DNA from: Octopus sinensis
Taxonomy: Eukaryota
DNA length: 64,000 nucleotides
Direction: 5' to 3'
NCBI RefSeq assembly: GCF_006345805.1
Contig: NW_021830464.1
Coordinates: 1 to 64,000 of the forward strand
Shown: in pieces, positions 38,942-54,651 of the stretch
Layout: the number at the start of each line of letters is the position of its first letter
How positions within the stretch are numbered: position 1 is the first letter of the stretch
Translations under genes and position numbers: made by a program
The notes under the pieces: generated by a model
Databases searched by the model: none
What the model was told of the DNA's origin: nothing
Seen by the model: only the letters and a program-made list of their open reading frames with translations

Positions 38942-39308
38942 TGGCACTCCGTCGGTTACGATGAAGAGGCTTCCAGCTGATACGATCAACGGAACGGCCT
39001 GCTCGTGCAATTAACGTGCAAGTGACTGGGCACACCACAGATACATCTACACTTAACATTGTTCACGGGTGGGATTAAGCGAGACACAGGGTGTCACAAG
39101 GCCGGCCCTTTGAAATACAGATACAAGATAGAGTGAGAGAAAGTTGTGGTGAAAGTGTACAGCAGGGTTCACCCCACCTCCGAGGGAGCTTCGTGGAGCT
39201 TTATGTGTTTTCGCTCAATAAACATTCAAAACGCCCGGTCTGGGAATCGAAACTGCGATCCAACGACCGCGAGTCCGCTACCCTAACCACCGGGCCATTA
39301 CACCTCCA
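38942..39308 (-). mobile_element. SINE family B
   Basis: Reverse complement is colinear with 1181-1564. Confidence 0.88.
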
Positions 39309-39344
39309 TATATGTCTGTGCACACATACACTCACACACACACA

Positions 39345-39425
<81 letters not shown>

Positions 39426-39499
39426 CGAACTATCTATCTATTTATTCCTTTTATTTTATTCAATTTTTTTTTGTTTTTGTTTTTGTTCTTTTCTTCCCT

Positions 39500-39782
<283 letters not shown>

Positions 39783-40371
39783 ATGTATGTATGTATGTAT
39801 GTGTGTGTGTGTGGGGGGGGGTGCACAGACAACTATATACATATTTAGACTGACATAGATTTAAGAAGTTTTCTGTGCATTTGTGTTTCCATGTTCTGTA
39901 TGATTCAGTATTTTGGGATGAACGTTTTGTCCACACACACAGATTCAAGAAAAACCAGAAGGCAGCGTGAGCACAAAATTGCTGAAGTAGATGTAGAAAA
40001 ACAATGGCATAAACGCATAAGAAAGTGAAATATTGGTACAGTTTGAATTGTTAATATATTATTTCTCTTGTAATCAATCATTTGACGGGGGACGGGACTA
40101 GAAATAAACAGAAATGACATGTACGTATAAGCATGGACAACTATGTAAGTATGTATGTGCATGTATATATATATATACATATGTATACATATATATATTT
40201 ATATATTTATATATATAAATCTCTCCCTCTCTCTCTCTCTCTGTATATATATATATATGTGTGTGTGTGGTGTGTGTGTGTGGTGTGTGTGTGGTGTGTG
40301 GTATATGCGTGTCAGTATGAATGTGTGAGTGTACAGATATGCATATGTACGTATGTATGTAATATATATAT

Positions 40372-40415
<44 letters not shown>

Positions 40416-40999
40416 ATATGTATGTATATATATATGTATGTATGTATTTAATATACACATGAAACATTCTTTGTCATATAGACAAACACTCTCGAGTGCA
40501 AACTCCGTAACAATTTTCATCTACATCTCTACCACAAACATAAGTATAAATACATATAGACCGAGTGAGAGAGGATGAGAGTGAGAGAGAGAAATAGTGA
40601 GAGGGAGAGGGAGAGAAAGAGAGACGGCGAGAGAGACAGAGAGAGGGAGAGAGATAAAGAGGAACAGACAAAAGTGTGAAGTAGAGATATATAACACATG
40701 TGCCCCACTAAATCTACGGAATATTTGGATGAAACACATCTAGATTTATGACGTAGTTATTCACAGAGGGGGCATTAATTGTTTTTTTTCAATAAGCCCA
40801 ACACATTATATTTCTGGTTTTCTATTAATCTCAGTATATGCATACATATATGTGGTTATCTGTAGATATATACACATAAGATTATATACTAACTGGCACA
40901 CACATACACGTACTTATTAATATATATATATACATATATACAATTATACATAAATATATATATATATATAAATGTATATTTTCTATATACATATATGTT

Positions 41000-41034
<35 letters not shown>

Positions 41035-41139
41035 ACACACACACAGACACCTACAGACACACACATATGTAGATGTGTAAACACATCTATATAAATATGA
41101 TCCATAAATTAAATCTCTATCTCACTATCTGTACATGTC

Positions 41140-41279
41140 TCTAAATCAATACTTATATTTACATCTGTCTCTCTCTCTCACTCACTTCCTGTCTCTTTCA
41201 CTTGGTCTCTTTCTCACTTGCTCTCTCTCTCTCTCTCACTTTCTCTTTCTATCTCTGTTTATCTGTCTGTCTAACTCTC

Positions 41280-41362
<83 letters not shown>

Positions 41363-41363
41363 G

Positions 41364-41406
<43 letters not shown>

Positions 41407-41445
41407 GTCTGTCTGTCTGTCTATCTGTCTGTCTGTCTGTCTGTT

Positions 41446-41475
<30 letters not shown>
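41140..41475. repeat. (TC)n/(TATC)n/(TGTC)n array
   Basis: Direct reading. Confidence 0.95.
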
Positions 41476-41476
<1 letters not shown>

Positions 41477-42372
41477 ACAGAAGCGGATCGAACTTGCACG
41501 ACTGCAATACCACCGAAACATTTTATAGAGGACTAGTTGAGGGGAAGTATGACGACGATCTTGGGGAGAACCTGGGTATCGACGAAGAATACCAGATCTG
41601 CCCGTTCAGGACAACCTATGGATAACTTTCAGAGATCTCTGGCCTGGCAGTGCTATCAAAAAGCACAACCCGTTCGAGGTAAGTTCTACAGGGATTGCTC
41701 TAGAAACACTGGGCCGACCTGCCCAATATGCGGTCAGATCAACGAAACCGTTCTCACGCACTCGTGCAGTGTCAAACCTTTTCCGACCTGTGGGCTTATG
41801 TCGAACAACTGTTGTCGCGTGTGGGACGAGTTGGTTTATCAGCCGAGTCTATCATTAATATTGCCCCACCTCCTTCCTTCAAACGGGAAGCAAGAGCTTC
41901 CGTTTTCATTGTGCTAGTGGCTATGGCGAAGGAATGTGTACGGTGGACGCGTTTGAAAGGCCTAGAAACAAACACTTTCCTCTCTGGTCAATCACTCATC
42001 AATTTTTTCAAGTATCACTTGAAAAGGAATGTGAGAGAAGAGATGGAAGTTTTGTTTAATGAACGTTTCACGAAAAGATGGATGAGTGTACGAAGGATGG
42101 CACGAATGAATGACGGAGCCAGCTTGGGCATAATCGCATGAATCAAAGAGAGCCAGTACTTTACTCTAAGGTACTTTTGAATTACATTGTCCGAGGTTAC
42201 CGTGGTCATTTCGTAGGTTTTTTTTCCACGGATAAACCTCTGTTTTTTGCACTATTTCGACTCGTCGATCCCTTTTGGTCGTTGCCTTTTTTTCTCCGAC
42301 GAAAAGAAAAACTCTACATTGTATTGTCCCCTCTGTGTCGAGCCCTGTGTTGCTAATAAAGAAAGTTATCTA
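41476..42372 (+). mobile_element. 5'-truncated Tx1-like (L1 clade) retrotransposon: ORF2 C-terminal zinc knuckle and 3' UTR
   Basis: DNFQRSLAWQCY...PVRGKF...TCPICGQINETV / HALVQC..LWAYVEQLL...FIVLVAMAKECVRWTR (frameshifted CCHC); AATAAA, then ttatctat. Confidence 0.85.
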
Positions 42373-42479
42373 TACGTAAATCATAATATGTTTGGGGCGA
42401 CTTCAAGATTCATAACTAGCTAATGCTAAGCAATCTCAACATATTACTACAATAGTGGACACATAGATGCGGGGTATCT

Positions 42480-43825
42480 TTTTGTATTGAATTCTGGTCC
42501 ACAAATGACGCTAGAGCAATAATTTATTATATATTATTACTGTTAGGTTCAGTTTATTGGTTCATTATGGACATTTAATTAGAATTGCATGTTTCTTATA
42601 GGAAGTGGAGGTTTTAAGTCTGAAATGAGAATAGAATGCAACTCTATACATTGGATAGCTCTGTATAAATTATCTAGCTAAGTATTGGTTTAACTAATCA
42701 GTTTTTTCAGCCTTCTGCTTTTCATTAGTTATTCTTGAAATGTCGATATTTTGAGGGTATCCCAGATCTAATATTCCGATAATTTACAGATTGATTTATA
42801 TTTGTGTTTGAGTATTAGTCACTTCTCAGTTAAAGACAATCCTCCTCTCTTGTGTCTTTCACTTGATAAGGAAATGCAGAGCATAGTCTTTCAATTGTTA
42901 CACATTATTGGGTAGTTTTTTGGGGCTTTTTTTGCTCTTCACGTGTATTATTTCTGAAGAAAATATATCGTTATATTATCGTTGTTTACAATTACATTCC
43001 ATCATGCCAACGTGATGTTTGCTGTAGGGGAATTTTGCATATGCTTATTTCTCTTAATATATAATAATATATCTAGCGGGCATACACTAGTACTTTGCAC
43101 CTGCATTTTAATGCTGTTTAAGTGGAATTTTTTTCGTAACAGCGCTACGTTAGGGAATTCTCTTAAATCAAATGTATCTTAGTGAAATGACGTAAGATTT
43201 GACTTGAGGATTTTATAGAAATACTGTTCGAGTATATAATATTACGGTGTACTCCTTTTTATAGTGAGTAGAGGGAGGTGGATGGTTAGAGAAGAAACTT
43301 TAGCTTTTTAATATTGTTTCAATATATTATTTAATTTGGAGAGGTAAATTAATTTTGATTGAAGTATTAGAATGTGTTTAGCTATGTCATAATCATAGGA
43401 AACAATAACAACGTTGAAGTGTTGTGATCTAGCTTACTCGTCGTCTCTTTATTTGCCAATATTTATTGTAGCTGATTTCTTAGTGAGTATATCAAAATGT
43501 AGAGTGTGAAAAACTCTCCGTAATTATTGGAAGGTAAACTAAAGCAACGTTAATTAACCACCTTTCTTCTATTGTCAATAAAAAATAAATGCTTAGAGCA
43601 ATACTGTTGAAGCAAATGTATTATTTGTAAAAGCATGCTATGGGTGTGAGACTCAATGAGAAGATCATCGATTAATTCCGACCATATAGCAATGGATGAA
43701 TATTTTCTGTGTTATGGAAAGGTGCATAGCGCCTGATAATCAAATACGTTAATAAAATAGCAGGTCAACAAAATTTTACAATAAATACATTTATTGAATG
43801 CCTCCATACGGAACTTCCACATAAT
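42480..43825 (-). mobile_element. Very old Penelope-like reverse transcriptase remnant
   Basis: Minus-strand fragments in PLE order: GSSVWRHSINVF (MGS..ANIFM-like, about 43820), WSELIDDLL...LLQIIHLLQQY (W.RYIDD-like, 43684-43610), TLY...RNQLQ; many stops. Confidence 0.4.
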
Positions 43826-44126
43826 TGATAATTTTCATTTAAAAGGAATAATTGTACAGTCTGAACTATTTCACTCTTCGCTCTTTAAGCCACGAGTTGT
43901 ATGTTTATTTTTTATTAGCTTATATATTTAAAAATTTAGTTTAATGTTTAAAAAAGTTTTATCCTTCGGAGCTCATCTCCATATAACCATCATCTCATCA
44001 TATTCCACATTAGTAACACACAAAACATATTTCATTTTATCCATTCTCAATTTTTCTCTCTTAGTATATCTTTTTCTCTTTTTCTCCCCTTCTCTTTATA
44101 CATACATACATACATATATACATACA

Positions 44127-44170
<44 letters not shown>

Positions 44171-44846
44171 AATCGAAGTGTACAGTATTATATATCCATT
44201 ATGGATGATAATACCAATCAGTTTTGCACTATATACACACACATATAGGTATATATTTATGCATGCATATAAGTATGTATGCTTGAATATAAGTATGTGC
44301 GTGTGTGTATATATTTATATATATACATGTACATAAAGATACAGATGCATATGTATATGTATACACCTGCACACCCATCCCTACACAAGCACAAATATGT
44401 ACACAAGCACACGCGCGCACCTACACGAATATAACACACACACATATATATATATACAAGTAATTCTATTTGCATTTGTTGTTATGCTTTCTGCAATGTG
44501 TATCACTCTGACTCGACAAATGTGTAAAATTCTGTCTGTAGGAACAGATTAAGAAAAAAATGTGGTTGGGGCAGGAACGAAATCCCTCAATAGAAAACTA
44601 GAAAAACAAAAATTTAAGTATAAGAAACGTATAAGAAAGCAAAATATTGGTAAGTTTTGAATTGGTAATATATTATTTCCCTTCTAATCAATCATTTTAC
44701 GGGGGACAGGATTGGAACCAAAACAGAAATGAATTGAATGCGTATATATATGTAACGACACATATGCAAACATGTATATGTATAACCATGCTTCAATCCA
44801 TTTATCCATACGTACACACACACGCGCACACACGGATATATATATA

Positions 44847-44891
<45 letters not shown>

Positions 44892-45007
44892 CATACATAT
44901 ATACATATGTATATATACATACATATATATATATATACATATATATATGTGTGTGTGTATACATAGACAGGCGTACATACATATATTACATCTATGCATA
45001 TATCTAC

Positions 45008-45053
<46 letters not shown>

Positions 45054-45161
45054 ATATCTGTCTGTCAGTCTGTCTGTCTGTCTGTCTATATATCTATGAT
45101 ATATATATATGTATATATATATACATATATATATGTGTGTGTGTGTGTATAAGTATATGAA

Positions 45162-45203
<42 letters not shown>

Positions 45204-45499
45204 CACATGTAATATGTATATACATTGCATATAGAAAGTGGGTGAAAGAATGAGGCAAGCATATATGTAGAGATATACCATGTGCAGCTTTAAATCTATC
45301 GGCTATTTGAATAAGAGACATGTTTAGATTTATAACCTGCTGATCCAGAAATGTACCTCCAAAAATACAAACCTAACAAACCTATGCACATACCCAACGT
45401 TTCTGTTCTTTCACTTCCGAAGAACTATAAATATTCAGTATTTCTAAGTTTTGCATTAGTCCTAATTCATAGTTACTTTCTTAGACACATATATACACG

Positions 45500-45527
45500 C
45501 ACATAGATATATACATATCTATAAGTA

Positions 45528-45618
<91 letters not shown>

Positions 45619-45623
45619 TATAC

Positions 45624-45654
<31 letters not shown>

Positions 45655-45703
45655 ACATATATACATATGTATATATACATACATACATAATATATATATA
45701 TAT

Positions 45704-45790
<87 letters not shown>
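45500..45790. repeat. (TA)n array
   Basis: Direct reading. Confidence 0.95.
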
Positions 45791-45793
<3 letters not shown>

Positions 45794-45795
45794 AA

Positions 45796-46043
45796 AGACC
45801 CCCTTCGGTCATGAGTGACCATGGGTTTGCACCTAGAAAGTTACCCTCCCAGGCACAAGTCTGGGCAAGGTTGTTTTTTATGGAAGGCCAGCAGTCGCCC
45901 ATGCATACCAGCCTCCCCTCTCCACGCCACCAGTGTTGTCCAAGGGAAAGACAAAGGTCGATACATCTTGGCACCTGTGACGTCGCAACTCATTTCTACA
46001 GCTGAGTGAACTGGAGCAACGTGAAATAAAGTGTCTTGCTCAA
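45796..46043 (-). mobile_element. SINE family D, head-truncated
   Basis: Reverse complement matches 60965-61211. Confidence 0.88.
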
Positions 46044-46361
46044 ATATATATATACATATATACGTAGATACATATATAAAAAATGCAATATCGCACAAGA
46101 ACGCTAAACATCCAGATAGACGATACAAAGAAAACAAGGACGGGTCATTCGGAGTTTTCTTTCCTCAGTCGAGTTCCAGATTATCTTTACAATTTCGGCT
46201 TGTTTAACTCGAGATTGCTTCAATCTGGCCAGTCCCAATCAAAAACTAAGCTAAGAGCATTAGATTCCTTAGAAGAAATCACCGAATGTATACAAAACTT
46301 ATACATAAATATACATATACATATATATATAATATATATACGCAGATATATACATATATAT

Positions 46362-46412
<51 letters not shown>

Positions 46413-48249
46413 TATGTTTAAATATTTGTTGTGCAAGATTTTTTACGTGAAGTCGTGTGTTGAAACAGATATTGTTATATTTCGGAATGGTCATATTGCC
46501 AGTTTAGCCAATAAAAACACACGCACTATATATTTGTTGTTATTTTGCTTCAGCGTTATTTATTTTTTACATTAATCTTAAACTTTAAATAAGTTTAAGA
46601 TATATATATATACGTGTATATATTTATATATATATATCAGTGTGTGTGTATGTGTATGTATGTATGTGTGTATGTGTGTGCGTGTATCTGCATGCGTTTG
46701 TAATCATACGTGCTCACATATATATGTTTGTAGTCTCCCTTTCAAAATTGGCACCTCGGAAATGTTCACTCGAAAAGCCAACGCTCGATTCACACACATA
46801 GGTTTACATGAAGGTCTATTTAATTGTAGATAGATGAGTGAGTTAGTGTGAGCATATTTGAATGTGTGTGTGTGTGGACACATGTTGCGTGTGAATATAT
46901 AAATTGCTTCTATCTGATATACATACATTCATAGACATACTGCATGCTAGCTAGCCTGAATGTTTTGCATCTTTTCACCGTTAAGGAAAAGTAAAAGTAA
47001 TTTCCTTTTCGCTCTCTCACCGATTGCTGAGAATCCAAGCATCTCAAGATTGTCGTTAACTCTCTCACACAATACGCAGCCTCAATAAACACAATTGTAT
47101 AAATATAAAGTTATAATGCTGATCACATAGACAGGTCCCTCATTAACCCTGTATGGATATTAAAAAATTCTCTTATCTTTTATATATCTGCATGCACATA
47201 TATGTGACCGTCTGATGGATAACAGATCTCTACTATGTAACATGTCTTTTTCTTTTACCCAATATCTTATCTGTTGTGTGGCTCCAGTATTTTAATTTGG
47301 TGTCTTGCCAAGAGCATTCTACTGCTATATGCTTCTACATCACTGCATCTTCTTGTGTTTTGATCTTTCTACAAAGCTCTTTGACTGTTACATCATACCT
47401 AATCGAGATGTCAAGATAGGAAAGTTGCTTATGTTGTGTTTCACATTTTCAATGTCAGTTCCACGGACTCTGCACAGGCAGCCATATCTTTTGTATGCAT
47501 CGGGTATTTTTTTTATCTCTTGTTCCTAGATTGCATTTGTAAGAGCTAATATATTCTTTCAAAGTGGAATTTAACATAACGTTTGTTTTCTTGAAAGTAA
47601 GGGCTTATATTACGGTTGTTAGTAGAAGAGAGCATACTTTCGTTATATCTGTTAGTACTCAGCTTACGTTTTTTGAGAACATAGCTTATGGGAACTTTAG
47701 CCTTATTGCTAGAGGGCCTTTCATCAGATGTGTATGAGTGTATGTCGCTTGTCTCCAATAATGAAATACTTTTCGTGTACAACCTTTATACGCCGAATAG
47801 GGCTTTCTTCGATAAGGAGATTTGAACCATGAATCCATTCCGACACCGCTTTCGAATGAATATGATGAGACATTCAAAAGCTTTTGCAAACAAGGTTAAG
47901 CTGCTGTCTCCGCGTGTTCATTGTAGGAAGAGACAACCAGTAAAATCTATTAATGGAGATATGTCTAGTGATCGATAGCACATTTAAAGTTTAATATCGA
48001 TAGACCAAATGTCATTTAACGTCCAATTGAATAACCCAAATATTGGTATGATTGCTGCTACACCAAAACTATTGTACCCCTTATGAAATTGTATCTTTGA
48101 GGATCATATTCATTATGACCAGCTGTGACTAACCCTGGTAACTCTTTCTTTACTACAAGTGAAATAATACGATATATTAAACTCAATTCCCGTGTATATG
48201 TAGCATTTCTCATTACATTGTGGATGAATATTAAATCTACTAATCACCG

Positions 48250-48526
48250 TGATCACCGTGACCGACCGGGCTATCAGATGTTGCTACAAATCGCTGGTCA
48301 CAATGCGCTTCGCATTGTTTTAACCTTCAAATGACGCCAGAAGAAAGAGTGAAAGAAAGTTGTGGTGAAAGAGTACAGCAGGGATCGCCACCACCCCTTG
48401 CAGGAGCCTCGTGGAACTTTAGGTGTTTTCGATCAATAAACACTCACAACGTCCGGTCTGAGAATCGAAACAGCGATGCCACAACCGTGATTCCACTGCC
48501 CTAACCACTGGGCCATTGCGCCTACA
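48250..48526 (-). mobile_element. SINE with family B head and alternative tail
   Basis: aggcgcaatggcccagtggttagggcagtggaatcacgg...tgtactctttcaccacaactttc, then a tail unlike that of 1181-1564. Confidence 0.75.
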
Positions 48527-49061
48527 CTGAAGCTATTAATATAAATGTTTATATGTATGCAGGAGTATACGGACCGTTTCGGGAAGGCCTCAAAACAGTG
48601 CACATTCTTTCCTCATGACCCATGAAACCTTCTCGTATCTAGTATGGGGAGTTTTCGACTGGCTATCTGTTACCAAGAAATTGTATGCATGTAGGTACTA
48701 TGTTTCCCTTCAGCTGTGTCACTGTGGTTTCGCATCCAGCTTGTGCATGGAAAATTCATTAAAAGACTCCTTCCGTAGTCGTTAGATCTAATGATTTACT
48801 AATTCTTTTAACGGGTTAATAATTTTTGCTTCCAAGTTGAAAACAGTATTAATCGTATTTTCGAGAATAGTCGTCGCATGCGCCAAAAATGCACTTAGGA
48901 CTTCGATCGTCTCTAAGTATGTATTTGCATATATGCCATTATTCAGTTTTATCTCAATATTTCTTGCAAATAAAGAGTCGGTTTCTAACCTAGATCTAAG
49001 GCTCCTTCATTGGAATTCCAACAACATCAACAGGGTATTTTTGTATATATATATATATATA

Positions 49062-49329
49062 TCTATTATATAAAATCCATTCTGTCTGTGTGTGTCTTCT
49101 AGGATCTCGGGCATCTTCCATCCGATATTTAATATGTAGATACCGACGGTTATCAGTGCGTGTACAAGTCTTGAAAAAATTACAAAAGTCAATTCTAGGT
49201 GAGAATGCGATCGATAAAGCCGTGGGAACGTGCATTTGTACGCACAAGTACATCAGCTGTTGCGATCGATACTCCGCGTACGCGAGAAAAATGCATGTGC
49301 AGTTTGGGCAAAAAAAGCCGGCTGGCTTG
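49062..49329 (+). mobile_element. Possible non-autonomous Helitron
   Basis: Starts A|TCTATTATATAAAA...tctgtctgtgtgtgtc and ends near gggc..gccggctgg-CTTG|T (canonical end is CTRR); the hairpin is weak. Confidence 0.35.
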
Positions 49330-50049
49330 TAATAATGCCACAAAATATGAACATATCTAGACATGCAAGTATAACATGTGAATACACATATAAAACGGAA
49401 CATGCAAATCCGTACATGTATATATATATATGTTTATATATACTTAAATATATGTATGTATACATGCATGGATGGATGAATATATGAATGCAATTGTGTA
49501 TATATGTATGTATGTATGTACATATGTATGCATGCATGTAAGTATATATATGTATGCATGCATTTATCCATGTATGTATGCATGTATGTATGTACGTCTG
49601 TGTGTATGCATGTATGTATGTATGAATGTATGTATGTATGTATGTATGTACATATGTATGTATGTATGTATATAATCGGAAATGAATATTCTATGAATTA
49701 CAATGCATGCAGGCATGTATAAATGAATTTATACGTGCATGTAGGCACTCGTGCATATACATTCTCTCGATGAATATGCGTGCATGTATGCATATATATC
49801 TGTGTGTATGCGTGTGTTGTGCGTGTATGTGTGTGGCTGTGTATATAAGTAGACGATTTAACTGTAACCTGTAGCTGTCAATCATTCTGTAACTATTTAA
49901 CTACTTGTCTCTGACTCTATCAATCTATCTATCTATCTATCTATTTTTTTACTATCTTATACATATGCAAACACAAACACATACACATATACACAGGCAC
50001 ATACACTCACACATAGACGCTCATACACACGCAGCACACTATATATATA

Positions 50050-50460
50050 GGCGCAGGAGTGGCTGTGTGATTACTAGGTTGCTTACCAACCACATGGTTC
50101 CGATTTCAGTCCTCCTGCGTGACACCTTGTGCAGGTATCTTCTACTAGAGCCTCATGCCGACAAAGGCATTGTGAGTAGATTTGGAAGACGGAAACTGAA
50201 AGAAGCCCGAGTATATATATATATATACATATATGTGTGTGTATGCGTGTCTGTGTTTGTCCCTTGTAATCGCTTGACAACCGATGCTGGTGTGTTTATG
50301 TCCCCGTAACTTAGCAGTTCGGCAAAACTGACCGATAGAATAAGTACTATAGGCTTACAGAGAATTACTCCTGGGGTCGATTTGATCGACTAAAGGCGAT
50401 TTTCCAGCATGGCCGCATTTAAAAGACTGAAACAAATAAAAGAATAAAAGAAGGAAGAAT
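50050..50460 (+). mobile_element. SINE family A, full length
   Basis: Head, body, internal (AT/GT)n, and tail gactgaaacaaataaaagaataaaag. Confidence 0.9.
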
Positions 50461-50477
50461 ATATATATATTATATAT

Positions 50478-50530
<53 letters not shown>

Positions 50531-50545
50531 GTATATACATACATG

Positions 50546-50608
<63 letters not shown>

Positions 50609-50911
50609 ATATAGATATATATATATATATCAGTAGGTATTTTTTACATGTATACCATCAATAAAGGCGTTCCATTTTATAGAAAATGAATTCAGAAATG
50701 TACTGAATATGTACTCATACGTGTAAAAATGATCTCTGTAAAAGATGTATATTACTAATCGTACGTACTTCTTTATGTGTGTTTATGCTAAAAATACACA
50801 CATACCCTAACACACATGTAAACGCTCACTTCACAAGTATATATCCTTAACTACTTTTGATAAATGTCTATGCATACAGACATGTTTATAGGTATGCATG
50901 TATGTATGTTT

Positions 50912-50953
<42 letters not shown>

Positions 50954-51012
50954 GTTATATGTATATATATATATATATTATATATATATATACATATATA
51001 TACATATGTATG

Positions 51013-51043
<31 letters not shown>

Positions 51044-51189
51044 TACGCACAACGCATGCATACACACATATATCTATGTATGCATATATATATATATATA
51101 TATATATTAATATGTATGTATATGTACATGCAGAAATGTGTCATCGCTATATATATGTGCACGAATATACGCGTTAGTATATAAATGTG

Positions 51190-51269
<80 letters not shown>

Positions 51270-51916
51270 ATAATACATAAATATGCAAGTATGTATATAT
51301 GAGTGTATAGTAAATAATATTCTTCTTTGATTCAATATATTTAATAAAAAATATTGAATATGAGGAAAATAAGTAATAATAAGAGCCAAAATATAAAATG
51401 CAATAGTGGTTTGACAAAGAAATTATTATTTCAATAAGATACCCGTAGCATGGTGTTAAAACTTCATGTTTTGCAGAGCAAAGAGGAGATAGAGAAAGGA
51501 ACAATAATAAAAAGAAATATTTATAAAAAAACCACTAAAAAAAAGTAAATATCAAAAACAAAACACAACAATCAGAAAATTATGAAATCTATTCTATTAA
51601 ATTTATTTAGATTCCTGACAATAATCTAATATAAGTACTGCATACTAACAACAAAGCTTATAATTCGTTTAACCTTGTGCATGTTAAATATTATCTAGAC
51701 TTTACTGTGAAAATGAAAGAAAAAAAATCGTTAAAAGAAAACAGCTGAAAACTTTAAATGACGCCTGAGGCTAAGTATTTTCATTATTTTTACGTGCAAA
51801 ACTTAGAGACAAGCTCACTTTACAGTCGAATAATAAAAGTTTTACAAAACTCTCCATGTATGGTTATTCTTCATCGTTGTTATTGCTGTTGTTATTGTTG
51901 TCATTACCTTTATTCA

Positions 51917-51919
<3 letters not shown>

Positions 51920-51985
<66 letters not shown>

Positions 51986-52075
51986 GTTATCATTATTAAT
52001 ATTATTATTATTATTATTATTAATATTATTAATATTATTAATATTATTATTATTATTATGAATATTATTATTATT
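51920..52075. repeat. (ATT)n microsatellite
   Basis: Direct reading. Confidence 0.95.
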
Positions 52076-52616
52076 AAAAAGGATAAAAAATATATATAAT
52101 TGTTTGTATTATTTGCTTTGCTTTCTTATTGTTTGGAAAACAAAAATCTAATTGTTATTAGATAATATCAAGTTTTGAAATTCGCTTTTTTCTGCATTCT
52201 CAAAAAGAAGCACAACAAAAAAAATTAATAATAAATAAAAATTAAAAATTGAATATATATACATAAATATAAATATATGCGTATATGTGCATAGTTGTGT
52301 GGTGTGTGTGTGTGTGTGTGTGTATATTAAAAAAAAAAACAAGAAAAAGGGTGAAAGAAAGGCACGAAAGCTGTGAAGAGTTGAAAAGATATTGCAGATG
52401 ACCTAGATCTGTAAAGTTGAGGTTTGAGCTTCATGAATCTACAGCTTCTGCTAAATCATTATTTTCTTTATCCTGGTTAAAGATTGCTTTACCACTTAAA
52501 GAAAACTTGTATATAAGCACGTACACGCACACACAGACACATACACACAGAGAAACACCCGTATACATCATATAATATTTATGTATGAATATATTCATAC
52601 ATAAATATATATATAT

Positions 52617-52695
<79 letters not shown>

Positions 52696-52700
52696 ATATA

Positions 52701-52733
<33 letters not shown>

Positions 52734-53814
52734 CGTTTGTATGTATGTGTACATTTTATTATATCATAATATATATATTACACACAGACATATGTACACA
52801 GTATATCTTTTGAGAATTTAATCAGTAATTATATAAATATATATGTAAATGTATCTGTGTGTGTGTGTGTGTGTGTATGTTTATGTGTGTGTCTGTGTGT
52901 GATGAATTTATGATCCAAGTGTATGCATTTGTGTATTACGTACGTGTATTTAATACGCCTGTCTTTTAACAATTTAATTCATTCAAACAATTATACTGAA
53001 ATGCACCCTGTAAAATCATACGTGTGCATGCGAGTTTATATGTAAAAATTTATGTCCGTCGTGTGTGTATATGCTTGTACATACAATGCACACTCGTATA
53101 TTTAATATAATACGATATATAATTCTTTAATATCCGCAAAAATATTTAGCTTAATCTATTAATCTAACAAAATTTTCATTTTTCTTTTAAATATTATATT
53201 ATTACGTTCACATTTCCATGCGAATTATGAAGATATTCAGATGTTTCAGACAATAAGCTATTAGTGTTTAATTCTTGAAAGTCCTATGGAAGTCATGAAG
53301 AGTAAATGACATGAAATCATATTAAAGTAAATTCAATTAGATATATGTAATGTATATTACATAATAGAACTCCCAAATTTAAAATCGAGAACAAAAATTG
53401 AGGAGAGCGTTCTCTAAGACTTCATAGTTAGAAATTTTGACAAGTTCTACAACACCATCTAGTCAGTTGTAATAACGAACTCTGCGATTAAAGTCACTCC
53501 GGGCGTGATCATCCCGTATTACTTTCCTTTTCATATAGACGAATGTGATTTACAAGATATTTGAGTGCTATTTCTAACACATCAGTTGCCAGCTAAGACG
53601 GTCCTTCTTTACACGGTATTGAATCATTTATACCCACCACTAAGTGGTTTCGATCCTTTTCTTACTTCATTTTAATGATATCGTGAGTTAAAAGCAACAA
53701 AGTGAGAGTCAAGATATGAAACACAAGAACCCAGTTTTTTTTCAGTAATTTTATTCAGTCAAATACAGTATAAAATAATTTACAGATTTATGCAGGCATT
53801 CACGTCCGTGGGTA

Positions 53815-53960
<146 letters not shown>

Positions 53961-54651
53961 TGTCAGTCTGTCTGTCTGTCTTATCTGTCTGTTTTATCTG
54001 TGTGTCTTATTTGTCTGTCTATCTGTTTCTATCCATCTATCTGTCAATCTGTTTATCTATCTGTATGCATACTGTTTGTGTGTTTGTGTGCATATGGTTC
54101 TGTGTGTGAGTCTATGTGTGTGTGTCTGCGCCCTTGTGTATTTAGTCGTGCGTGTATATGCATAGAAGTCTCGAGTGAACGTGAAATAATTCTTTATTTG
54201 GAACGGTGGATCCTTGAAGCGCATAGTGACATAAAGAATAACTTGTAAATATTGTTTTGAAAGACCTTTGGAAACAAAACATCGAAAGCTGCCTTATTGA
54301 AAGCGATTTTAACCTAATACTTATACATTATTATTTATATTTCAATTTGCTGCAAGGTCCACACGCACATACACACACTCGCTGTGTATTTCTGAATGTA
54401 TGCTATATATAAAGTCTAGATAATTCTACATTAGCTAAATTTGAAGCCTTGGCAGTGGAGATTACAATGATGTGAAAACATCCTATCTCTCTTGAAGTAA
54501 ACAGGAATAAATGGAAAACTTCTTAAACATTTGTAAATGCTCCTCATCGGATGTATAAGACATTTTCCTCTATTCACAATACTTTGAATCTAAATAACTA
54601 TGTATAGTAATAACACATTACATACATAGATGCATACATACATACATACAA

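Noticed and set aside
47300-47930. Minus-strand ORFs 47546-47782 and 47686-47889 as a possible exon
   Set aside because: The frames shift and contain stops, with no convincing splice pair or recognisable motif; possibly an ancient transposon but unsupported. The CTGATGA near 47725 is not followed by GAAA.
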